A DNA stretch of 64,000 nucleotides from an uncultured Alphaproteobacteria bacterium (lineage in GTDB: Bacteria > Pseudomonadota > Alphaproteobacteria > MPNO01 > UBA2964): assembly GCA_951812775.1 (NCBI GenBank), contig OX638326.1, positions 3,823,180 to 3,887,179 of the forward strand, given 5' to 3'. Positions 1-8,579 of this stretch are shown here, piece after piece; position 1 is the first letter of the stretch; each line of letters opens with the position of its first letter. Under the pieces are notes generated by a model. The model was not told where the DNA came from, did not search any database, and worked only from the letters and a program-made list of their open reading frames with translations. The translations under genes and the position numbers were made by a program.

Positions 1-17
1 CTCAGCATCTTGCCTGC

Positions 18-488
18 ATGAATGGGTCTGTTCCGCCTCAAGCACAAAAATACATGGAAATCGCTCTTGCCGAGGCGGCGGAAGCGGCGTTGCGCGGGGA
101 AGTTCCCGTGGGGGCGGTTATTGTTGATACGCAAAGCCATGAAGTGCTCGGGGCCGCCGGAAATCGAACCGAGGAACTCAAAGATGCTACCGCGCATGCG
201 GAAATGCTGGTGCTGCGAGAAGCTGCAAAAGTTTATGGTGGTACCCGTCTTGTTGATTGCGATCTCTATGTAACCTTGGAGCCTTGTGCGATGTGCGCTG
301 CAGCCATTTCTATGGCACGGATTAGAAGGCTCTATTTTGGGACGTCTGATCCAAAGAGTGGCGGTGTCGAAAACGGCCCTCGTTTCTTTAGTCAGCCAAC
401 CTGTCATCACCGTCCTGACGTTTATGGAGGGATCGATGAATTGCGGTCACGCAGAATGCTGCAAGATTTTTTTGAAGTCCGGCGTTAA
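18..488 (+). CDS. tadA: tRNA adenosine(34) deaminase TadA (CMP/dCMP-type zinc deaminase)
   Basis: 156 aa; HAEM...LEPCAMC zinc-binding deaminase motif; size and motif match TadA. Confidence 0.85.
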   Translation: MNGSVPPQAQKYMEIALAEAAEAALRGEVPVGAVIVDTQSHEVLGAAGNRTEELKDATAHAEMLVLREAAKVYGGTRLVDCDLYVTLEPCAMCAAAISMARIRRLYFGTSDPKSGGVENGPRFFSQPTCHHRPDVYGGIDELRSRRMLQDFFEVRR

Positions 489-539
489 CTCGTTAGACTA
501 TTTGGAAAGCTGCAAACATAATTATTCGGTTTCGGGCTA

Positions 540-2450
540 ATGGCCAATGAGGCGATAAACAGCGACTTTACAAAGGGCCATAAACGACCGGTATCAGCTC
601 TCGTCGTCCGATCAGTCGTTCTTGTTGGTTTTGTTGTCATCAGTGCTGTTGTGCTCTGGTTGACGTACTATTGGTCTCAACAGATTGGTCGTGAGGAAAT
701 TCGCGAGCGCAGTGGACACACGCTTAACCTGGTTGTGATGAATCTCCGGAGCGAGCTTTCAAAATTTCAGTACCAACCCGCGCTGTTGGCCAATAGCCGC
801 TTGTTTCAATCGGTTTTGCTTGATCCCGCGTCTGGTCCAACCCTTGATAATTTGAACCGTGAATTGGAGCGCATTAATTTTTTATCCGGTGCTTTAGATA
901 CTTTCTTGGTCAACAAATCTGGGACCGTTGTGGCTTCCAGTAACTGGGCGTCTGACAGATCCCTGGTAGGTGTTTTTGTTGGCGCGCAGCCGTATTTTCA
1001 AGCGGCAATGCATGGCGGGCTCGGGCGATATCACGCAATTTCGGGGCCACCAGATGCTGGAGAGATGAGCTATTTCTTTTCTCATTCAATTCGTGCTGAA
1101 GATCGCCAGATTGGCGTTGTAGTAATCCGATTACGGCTCGGCAGTCTAGAGGAGCGGTGGTTAGCCCCCGATCACGAGATTCTCGTAGTCGATGACGCGG
1201 GAATCATTTTTATGAGCACCCGCGTTGATTGGCGATTTAGAGCTACGAAACCGCTTGATGCTGAAATTCTGACAAAATTAAAACGCCTTCATCAATATGG
1301 TGACCGCAATTATCCCTCTTGGCCAATAACAACACCGCGGCAAGATAATGTTTTGGTGATTTTCGAAAGTCTCGACTCTGCTAATCAGAGATCTTCGGCA
1401 AAGAAAGTAGATCGCTACTTGTTTCAGCAAAAGGAAATGCCTACGGCTGGGTGGCGGGTGGTAATCTTGTCTCGGCTGGAAGCTGCAGCAGTGCAAACGA
1501 ATATTGCCTTAGTCGTCGTGAGCTTCATACTTATGAGCGCACTTTTGCTCCTGGCAGTAAGACATCAGAGAAAATTAAGAGTCCATGAACGAATTTCCTT
1601 GCAGGAGGCTGCGAAAGCCAATCTTGAGGATCAGGTCGAACAGCGTACCGAGGCCCTAACGACGGCGAACCGTCAATTGAAAAATGAAGTTGCCGTACGT
1701 CATCGTGCAGAAGAAGAACTCCATAAAGCCCAGGAGGATCTTGTACAATCCGCAAAACTTGCGGCGCTTGGGCAGATGTCTGTCGGGCTAAGTCATGAAC
1801 TCAATCAGCCGCTGGCGGCTATCCGATCCTATTCGGATAATGTGGCGACCTTTCTCGAACGGTCTCAAACGGAAGAGGCTCGGTCAAATTTAGAAGGTAT
1901 TTCCGAACTCATTGAACGCATGGCGCGGATAATCCGTAACCTGCGAACCTATGCTCGCGGTGAAGCTGTTGAATCACGACCAACGTCGCTGAGGGGTTCT
2001 TTAGATGAAGCGCTCAATTTGCTGGAAGTAAGGTTTCGTGAAGAAGTGGTAGAACTTGAATCGAAGTTACCGGCTCCATCTCTTCAGGTAATTGGTGGAG
2101 CAGTACGTCTGCAACAGGTCTTTGTGAATTTAATATCAAATGCGATAGATGCGATGAAAGGGTGTAAAACGCGCAAGCTCAGTATTTCGGTTGAAGAACT
2201 TGGCGAACAGGTTGAAATCCTGGTCGCAGATACTGGAGCTGGTATCAGCAAAGAGGATCGTGCCAACATATTTGATCCATTTTATTCCACCAAAGGTGTC
2301 GGCGAGGGAACGGGGTTAGGTCTGTCGATTTCGTACGGTATTATCAATCAGTTCGGCGGTCAGATTAAATCGGACGATAATCCCGAAGGAGGCACGATAT
2401 TTACTGTCGTCCTGCAAAAGGCTGAGGCAGAAGAGACGGTTCAGGCATGA
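540..2450 (+). CDS. dctB: C4-dicarboxylate sensor histidine kinase, DctB-like (N-terminal TM + periplasmic sensor, HisKA SHELNQPL, HATPase_c)
   Basis: 636 aa; H-box LSHELNQPLAAI, G-box GTGLGLSIS; immediately upstream of and overlapping (ATGA) a sigma54 activator, and upstream of dctPQM. Confidence 0.7.
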   Translation: MANEAINSDFTKGHKRPVSALVVRSVVLVGFVVISAVVLWLTYYWSQQIGREEIRERSGHTLNLVVMNLRSELSKFQYQPALLANSRLFQSVLLDPASGPTLDNLNRELERINFLSGALDTFLVNKSGTVVASSNWASDRSLVGVFVGAQPYFQAAMHGGLGRYHAISGPPDAGEMSYFFSHSIRAEDRQIGVVVIRLRLGSLEERWLAPDHEILVVDDAGIIFMSTRVDWRFRATKPLDAEILTKLKRLHQYGDRNYPSWPITTPRQDNVLVIFESLDSANQRSSAKKVDRYLFQQKEMPTAGWRVVILSRLEAAAVQTNIALVVVSFILMSALLLLAVRHQRKLRVHERISLQEAAKANLEDQVEQRTEALTTANRQLKNEVAVRHRAEEELHKAQEDLVQSAKLAALGQMSVGLSHELNQPLAAIRSYSDNVATFLERSQTEEARSNLEGISELIERMARIIRNLRTYARGEAVESRPTSLRGSLDEALNLLEVRFREEVVELESKLPAPSLQVIGGAVRLQQVFVNLISNAIDAMKGCKTRKLSISVEELGEQVEILVADTGAGISKEDRANIFDPFYSTKGVGEGTGLGLSISYGIINQFGGQIKSDDNPEGGTIFTVVLQKAEAEETVQA

Positions 2451-3805
2451 CGGCCAATGTTATCTTTGTCGATGATGAGAAGCACTTGCGGACGGCTTGT
2501 AGCCAGGCGTTGGAACTCGCTGGGTTCGAAGTGAACAGCTATGAATCTGTCGATGGCGTGTTGGATGAAATTGATCCCGCGTGGCCTGGCATACTCGTCA
2601 CCGATATTCGGATGGCGGGGACCGATGGGTTGCAGCTTATGGCTGGCGCCCTGGAAATTGACCCTGATCTGCCCGTCGTATTGATCACCGGGCACGGTGA
2701 TGTTCCTATGGCCGTCAAAGCCATGCGCGACGGTGTCTATGACTTTATTGAAAAGCCGTTTGCCTCCGAAGTTCTGGTCGATGCCGTGCGGCGTGGTCTG
2801 GATAAAAGAAACTTGGTTCTTGAAAATCGGCAATTACGAGAAGCTCTTACCAAGGGGACGCGACTCGAAAACAGGCTCGTCGGACAATCGCTTGGAGCGA
2901 TAAAACTGCGCGAGAGCATTACGCAATTTGCGGCCGTGGATGCCGATGTCCTGATCACCGGTGAAACGGGTACCGGGAAAGAGCAGGTTGCTCAGGCATT
3001 GCATGAGTTGAGTCCCCGTGCGGAGCAGCGCTTTGTTCCTGTGAATTGTGGCGCTCTGCCGGAGACCATGATCGAAAGCGAATTATTCGGGCATGAGAAG
3101 GGGGCCTTTACGGGGGCGGGTCAGACACGGATCGGCAAGTTTGAATATGCCGACGGTGGCACAGTTTATCTCGATGAAATTGAAAGCATGCCTTTGGAAC
3201 TGCAGGTTCGACTGCTCCGAGTTTTGGAGGAACGCAAAATTGTGCATTTGGGGTCCAATACGGAAATCCCGTTTAACGTACGCATTATCGCTTCCAGCAA
3301 AGGCGACCTTCGTGATGCTGTAAGTGAGGGTAGTTTTCGCGATGACCTATATTACCGTCTCAACGTCTTGACGGTATCCATTCCGCCTCTTCGTGATCGT
3401 CGGGATGATATCGCCATGTTGGTGACGCACTTTATACACCAAGAAGGTATCCAGTTTGACCGAGCTATCGATGAGATACCGTTGCCTGATATGCAGCCGT
3501 TGATGTCGTATGATTGGCCCGGCAATGTCAGGGAGTTACGGAATTGTGTTCGGCGATATGTTCTGGGACAAGCAATCGAACTGGATAGGCCAGAACGCGG
3601 CGATGACTCTATTGAGTTGAGCGGAGAACCACTCTCGATACAACTGGCAGCTTTTGAAAAAAAGATTTTGCAGGAAACGCTGCAAAAGAATGGTGGCCGG
3701 TTAAAGTCAACTTACAAAGAACTTGGTGTTTCCAGAAAGACGCTATACGACAAGCTCAAGAAGTATCGTCTTGGGAATCCTGACAGAGGAAGTGAATTGG
3801 ATTAG
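2447..3805 (+). CDS. dctD: sigma-54-dependent response regulator DctD (REC + AAA+ sigma54 activator + Fis-type HTH)
   Basis: 452 aa; REC domain N-term, GETGTGKE Walker A, GAFTGA motif, C-terminal HTH; start overlaps dctB stop. Confidence 0.8.
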   Translation: MTANVIFVDDEKHLRTACSQALELAGFEVNSYESVDGVLDEIDPAWPGILVTDIRMAGTDGLQLMAGALEIDPDLPVVLITGHGDVPMAVKAMRDGVYDFIEKPFASEVLVDAVRRGLDKRNLVLENRQLREALTKGTRLENRLVGQSLGAIKLRESITQFAAVDADVLITGETGTGKEQVAQALHELSPRAEQRFVPVNCGALPETMIESELFGHEKGAFTGAGQTRIGKFEYADGGTVYLDEIESMPLELQVRLLRVLEERKIVHLGSNTEIPFNVRIIASSKGDLRDAVSEGSFRDDLYYRLNVLTVSIPPLRDRRDDIAMLVTHFIHQEGIQFDRAIDEIPLPDMQPLMSYDWPGNVRELRNCVRRYVLGQAIELDRPERGDDSIELSGEPLSIQLAAFEKKILQETLQKNGGRLKSTYKELGVSRKTLYDKLKKYRLGNPDRGSELD

Positions 3806-4413
3806 GCGGGGTTAGGTTGTCGCAGCTCGTGGGGGATCAGAGTTGGTCCGTCATTGAGCTTAACTTCACCGGTTTCCTGATTGTAGGTTCTTTGTTTGAA
3901 GGTTCCGGCTTTTTGTGCCCGTACAATGAAGGCCATACTGTTCTCGGGTCCACCATGTTCCTGATGGATGTTCCCGGGCGGGACTGAGTCGACGCCGCCT
4001 GGACCGATATTATGACATCCGACTTGCCTGAGCTGGGCTGGGCCAGTGTCGCGTGGCGCGGTATCAGTTCTTTCATATCTGTTCATGGTTTCATGACCTT
4101 CGATGAGGCCATAAAGGGTCCATACGTCGCCATGATCATGAATGCTGGTGACGGAATTGGCCTTCCGCACGGTCGCATTGAAAACGAAGCCGTAATCTGG
4201 GTCTTCATAGAAGAGGAGGTTCTTAACTTTTGGCGCGCCCTCAACCGTGAGTGGCCAGGTCTTAGAGCTTTCTATGAGCTTAGGATCAGCTAACAAGGGT
4301 TCCATCGCCTCTTTGATTTTTGACCAGAGAGTGTCCGGGTCCAGGTTTTGTGCATAGAGTGTACGAATTTGATCGACAAAACGTCGTGCGGCAGGGAGTT
4401 GCGGCTTTTCCAT
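3802..4413 (-). CDS. cupin-fold protein, cysteine dioxygenase / 3-mercaptopropionate dioxygenase-like
   Basis: 203 aa; cupin motif SIHDHGDVWTLYGLIEGHE; tail-to-tail 4-nt overlap with dctD. Confidence 0.45.
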   Translation of the reverse strand: MEKPQLPAARRFVDQIRTLYAQNLDPDTLWSKIKEAMEPLLADPKLIESSKTWPLTVEGAPKVKNLLFYEDPDYGFVFNATVRKANSVTSIHDHGDVWTLYGLIEGHETMNRYERTDTAPRDTGPAQLRQVGCHNIGPGGVDSVPPGNIHQEHGGPENSMAFIVRAQKAGTFKQRTYNQETGEVKLNDGPTLIPHELRQPNPA

Positions 4414-4631
4414 AGCAAGACCTTTCTATGATGCCAGCTATTGTGTCATTGAGGCGTTGCGTTATCCAGTCACCTCGCAATGGCTGATGTGTCATTCGTC
4501 CCACATGTGGAATGCCTGATGGGTAAACTCCTACACATTTGAATTTGACTAGGTGGCTTTGTCCGCAGGCCTCCGCTTTGTAACACTATGAAATTACTTA
4601 ATAAAAATTAACATTCTGCTGTGTATAGGTT

Positions 4632-4646
4632 TGGCATGGATGTTGC
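4632..4646 (+). promoter_or_regulatory. sigma-54 (-24/-12) promoter TGGCAT-N5-TTGC upstream of dctP
   Basis: tggcatggatgttgc, with GG and GC spaced as in the TGGCAC-N5-TTGCW consensus, about 75 nt upstream of the dctP ATG; matches DctD-activated TRAP/dct promoters. Confidence 0.5.
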
Positions 4647-4720
4647 GATGCAAAATCGCCATACCACAACAGGCCGGAAAAGGCCGTTATATGACAATCC
4701 AACAATAGAAAGGTTGAGAA

Positions 4721-5725
4721 ATGAAAAAAATTATTTTGGGGGCCGCAGCTCTAGCTGCCGCTACGAGTTTTTCTGCTGCCGCATATGCTAAATGTGATCC
4801 GGGCGAAATTGTGATCAAGTTCAGTCATGTGACGAACACGGACAAGCATCCAAAGGGTATCGCTGCAACGTTGCTTGAGAAACGTATCAACAAAGAAATG
4901 CAGGGCAAGGCCTGTATGAAGGTATATCCAAACTCAAGCCTTTATAATGACAATAAAGTTCTTGAAGCTTTGCTGCAGGGTGATGTCCAGTTGGCGGCAC
5001 CTTCATTGTCCAAATTCGAGAAGTTCACCAAGAAGTTTCGGATTTTTGATCTTCCGTTCATGTTCCAGGACATCAATGCGGTTGACCGATTTCAGAATTC
5101 CAAGGCTGGTCAAGCCCTTAAGAATTCGATGACGCGTCGTGGTCTTAAGGGGCTCGAATTCTGGCACAACGGCATGAAACAGCTTTCGGCCAGCAAGCCA
5201 CTCATCAATCCTTCCGATGCATCAGGTCTTAAGTTCCGCGTCCAGCCTTCAGATGTGCTGGTGGCCCAGTTCAAAGCGCTCGGTTCAAACCCACAGAAAA
5301 TGGCCTTTAAGGAAGTTTATGGCGCTCTGCAGACTAAGGTCGTTGATGGTCAGGAAAACACCTGGTCGAACATTTATGGCAAGAAGTTCTTCGAAGTTCA
5401 GGACGGCGTAACCGAAACCAATCATGGTATCATTGATTATCTGGTTGTGACCTCAACCGATTGGTTGAAGGGTTTGCCGAAAGATGTTCGCAGTCAATTC
5501 ACGACGATTCTTAAAGAAGTCACAGAACTTCGCAATAAGGAAGCCTACGCTGTGAATCAGGCTAACAAGAAAAAAATTCTCGCCGCTGGCGGTAAGGTTC
5601 GCACCCTGTCCGCAGCTCAACGGGTGGCTTGGGTTAAGGCTCTTCGCCCGGTTTGGAAAAAATTCGAAGGCGATGTTGGTGCAGATATGATTAATGCTGC
5701 TCAGAAGGCCAATGCAGGAAGTTAA
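4721..5725 (+). CDS. dctP: TRAP transporter substrate-binding protein DctP
   Basis: 334 aa; signal peptide MKKIILGAAALAAATSFSAAAYA; DctP-family periplasmic SBP; followed by dctQ and dctM. Confidence 0.85.
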   Translation: MKKIILGAAALAAATSFSAAAYAKCDPGEIVIKFSHVTNTDKHPKGIAATLLEKRINKEMQGKACMKVYPNSSLYNDNKVLEALLQGDVQLAAPSLSKFEKFTKKFRIFDLPFMFQDINAVDRFQNSKAGQALKNSMTRRGLKGLEFWHNGMKQLSASKPLINPSDASGLKFRVQPSDVLVAQFKALGSNPQKMAFKEVYGALQTKVVDGQENTWSNIYGKKFFEVQDGVTETNHGIIDYLVVTSTDWLKGLPKDVRSQFTTILKEVTELRNKEAYAVNQANKKKILAAGGKVRTLSAAQRVAWVKALRPVWKKFEGDVGADMINAAQKANAGS

Positions 5726-5753
5726 GTCGACTCCGGGGTTGTAAGTCGTCTAA

Positions 5754-5785
5754 GGAAATGCGGTCAGCTATAGCTGACCGCATTT
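5754..5785 (+). terminator. stem-loop between dctP and dctQ (possible intercistronic terminator or attenuator)
   Basis: 13-14 bp inverted repeat GAAATGCGGTCAGC-TATA-GCTGACCGCATTTT directly after the dctP stop; T-run is weak. Confidence 0.45.
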
Positions 5786-5836
5786 TCCCTAATAATAAGC
5801 TGCACAAGCGGTAAGGCAGGGGCAGGAAGGTTTCGA

Positions 5837-6472
5837 ATGACGGAAAATACGTCCGCTAGTTCTGGACTGGGCGATCAGCTTGAAGAAAGCCTAATTGCTA
5901 TTTTTCTAGGGCTAATGACCCTGATTACATTTGCAAATGCAGTTGCCCGATATGTCTTCAATGACAATATCTTATGGGCCCTGGAAGCAACGGTATTCTT
6001 GTTTGCATGGATGGTGTTGCTCGGCGCCAGCTACGGCGTGAAGAAATCTCTGCATCTCGGTGTTGATATTGTAATCGCGAAAATGTCGCCGGCAGGTAGA
6101 CGAATTATGGGGTTGTGTGCAGCTGTCGCCTGTCTTGTCTTTGCGCTGCTGCTGCTGAAAGGCGGATGGGACTACTGGTATCCCTTCGCAACCAAGCGGG
6201 CCTTTCTCGAAACCAATGATATTCCCATGCCCGAATTTCTGCAGTTCATCGCAACCTGGATGAATGAGGGCGAAAAATACGAGAAAATTCCACGCTTTAT
6301 CCCATACGCGGTACTGCCAATCGCGATGTCTCTTTTTACCTGGCGCGTTTGTCAGGCCACCTGCCGCATTTGGCGCGGAAAGCAGGAATTGCTTATCGCT
6401 TCACATGAGGCGGAAGAACTTTTGCAGGAAGTGGAAGCAAGCCACGCAGATAACTCGAAGCGAGAGGGCTGA
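5837..6472 (+). CDS. dctQ: TRAP transporter small permease DctQ
   Basis: 211 aa, four predicted TM helices, lies between dctP and dctM. Confidence 0.8.
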   Translation: MTENTSASSGLGDQLEESLIAIFLGLMTLITFANAVARYVFNDNILWALEATVFLFAWMVLLGASYGVKKSLHLGVDIVIAKMSPAGRRIMGLCAAVACLVFALLLLKGGWDYWYPFATKRAFLETNDIPMPEFLQFIATWMNEGEKYEKIPRFIPYAVLPIAMSLFTWRVCQATCRIWRGKQELLIASHEAEELLQEVEASHADNSKREG

Positions 6473-6475
6473 CAC

Positions 6476-7840
6476 ATGGAAGTCGCCATTCTATTCGGGT
6501 TGGTAATTGGTTTGATGGCAATTGGCGTACCGGTTGCGGTCTCTCTAGGGCTGTCGAGCGTTCTGTTCCTAATGATGTTTTCCGATGGGTCGCTCGCGTC
6601 GATCGCACAGACCTTATTCTCCGCCTTTGACGGGCATTACACTTTACTGGCTATCCCGTTTTTCATTCTGGCCTCGACTTTTATGTCGACCGGTGGTGTT
6701 GCCCGCCGGATCATCCGATTTGCGATTGCGCTGGTTGGGCATATGCCTGGTGGTTTGGCCATCGCGTCCGTCGTTGCCTGTATGATGTTTGCAGCCTTGT
6801 CAGGCTCTTCGCCGGCAACGGTGGTGGCTATTGGCTCCATCGTTATCGCGGGAATGCGAGAGGTAGGATACTCAAGAGAATTCGCTGCTGGCGTGATCTG
6901 TAACGCAGGGACGCTTGGTATTTTGATACCGCCATCAATCGTTATGGTCGTCTATGCTGCGGCGACAGATGTCTCAGTAGGCCGCATGTTCCTGGCTGGT
7001 GTGATCCCAGGGCTAATTGCTGGCCTGATGTTGATCATGGGTATTTACGTTACCGCCCGTTTCCGCGGGCTGCCATCTCAGCCTTGGGCGGGATGGGGGG
7101 AGCTATGGGAATCTGCACGCGACGCTTTTTGGGGACTACTCCTCATCTTTATAATTCTGGGCGGAATTTATGGCGGCGTCTTTACGCCGACTGAAGCCGC
7201 AGCCGTTGCGGCGATTTATGCTTTTTTTATCGCCAACTTCGTTTACCGCGACATGGGGCCATTTGTCTCTGCCGGTAAAGGCGGCCTCGCCATCGTTACG
7301 CGCACGCTTTCATCCTTTTGGCACCCCGACACAAAGAAAACGCTTTTTGAAGCTGGCAAGCTAACCATCATGCTGATGTTCATCATTGCGAATGCGCTTA
7401 TTCTCAAGCATGTGTTGACGGAGGAACGAATCCCGCAGGCCATCGCTGGAACGATGCTGGCTGCAGGCTTCGGCCCAATTGTGTTCCTCATCGTCGTCAA
7501 CGTGATGTTGTTGATCGGTGGACAATTTATGGAGCCTTCCGGGCTTTTGATTATTGTTGCGCCGCTGGTATTCCCCATCGCGATCCAGCTGGGCATAGAT
7601 CCTATTCACCTGGGTATCATTATGGTGGTGAATATGGAGATTGGTATGATAACGCCGCCTGTGGGGCTCAATCTGTTTGTGACAGCGGGCGTCGCGCAAA
7701 TGTCGGTTCTTGGTGTTGTGAAAGCGGCATTACCCTGGGTCGGAATCATGTTTGTCTTCTTAATTTTGGTCACTTATGTGCCCTGGATTTCGACTGTCTT
7801 GCCCACCGCGCTTATGGGGCCCGAAATTATTACGAAATAA
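6476..7840 (+). CDS. dctM: TRAP transporter large permease DctM
   Basis: 454 aa polytopic membrane protein, DctM family, directly follows dctQ. Confidence 0.85.
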   Translation: MEVAILFGLVIGLMAIGVPVAVSLGLSSVLFLMMFSDGSLASIAQTLFSAFDGHYTLLAIPFFILASTFMSTGGVARRIIRFAIALVGHMPGGLAIASVVACMMFAALSGSSPATVVAIGSIVIAGMREVGYSREFAAGVICNAGTLGILIPPSIVMVVYAAATDVSVGRMFLAGVIPGLIAGLMLIMGIYVTARFRGLPSQPWAGWGELWESARDAFWGLLLIFIILGGIYGGVFTPTEAAAVAAIYAFFIANFVYRDMGPFVSAGKGGLAIVTRTLSSFWHPDTKKTLFEAGKLTIMLMFIIANALILKHVLTEERIPQAIAGTMLAAGFGPIVFLIVVNVMLLIGGQFMEPSGLLIIVAPLVFPIAIQLGIDPIHLGIIMVVNMEIGMITPPVGLNLFVTAGVAQMSVLGVVKAALPWVGIMFVFLILVTYVPWISTVLPTALMGPEIITK

Positions 7841-7924
7841 ATTGTTGGAAGCTGGGACCGGCGACCACTATGTTTAAAGCTGGGCGTGGCTTGGCGCTGT
7901 AGTACTATCTTTTAAAGGATTGTT

Positions 7925-8490
7925 ATGCGGTTTCTTGATTTCCGGGCGATTGTCGCTCTTACGATTTTTTCTTTGGTTTTGCAATTCTGCTGCCTCTTGG
8001 GGCAAGCGCTCAACGCGTTCCGGCAAAACCCGCTGAATCCAATTCTGGCACACAATCCCCCCGGGTGGGGCAGCGCATTGGCGATTGGACCTTTCAATGT
8101 CAGGCCTTATCGGCGAGCGATACGCGATGCGTCATTTTTCAACAGCTTGTGAATCAAAAAACCCGTCGTCCGGTGTTGCGAGCAACGCTGGCCTCGATCG
8201 GGGAGAAAAAGAACCTTGGACTTATCGTCCTGGCACCGCTGGGCATATTCCTCGGTTCAGGGGTTGCTGGGAAAGTTGATGAAGGTAAGCAGTTCAAATT
8301 TGTATTGCAGCGTTGTACGCAGCAGGGCTGCCAGGCCGCTATTCAGGTTTCAGACAGTCTGAAAGCGGAATTAAAGAAAGGCAAACAGTTGGTCGTTGCC
8401 TTTAAGCCCACAGCCAATGCTCAACCTGTCCAGCTAGCCGTGTCCCTGAAAGGTGTCGCTGCTGGTCTGAAGGCGCTGAAAATCAAGTGA
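7925..8490 (+). pseudogene. Invasion-associated locus B (IalB) family protein; signal peptide (frame 2) and mature domain (frame 1) separated by an apparent frameshift in a C6 homopolymer
   Basis: 7925.. encodes MRFLDFRAIVALTIFSLVLQFCCLLGQA (signal peptide). 8065..8490 (GTG start) encodes IalB-like GDWTFQCQ...KQFKFVLQRCTQQGCQAAIQ. The frames overlap at 8038-8152 around cccccc at 8057-8062. Confidence 0.55.
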
Positions 8491-8579
8491 CCGCCTGATC
8501 GGTGACCAATCACGAGTAAGGTCTCGTTTACCCTAACGTCATACCATTAGTGGCCGAATGATGTTGTTGAGGCCAGACT

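Noticed and set aside
894-2269. Multiple 60-130 aa antisense or alternative-frame ORFs inside dctB and other large genes, throughout the window
   Set aside because: They are fully nested within well-supported genes on the opposite strand or in another frame, with no independent support.
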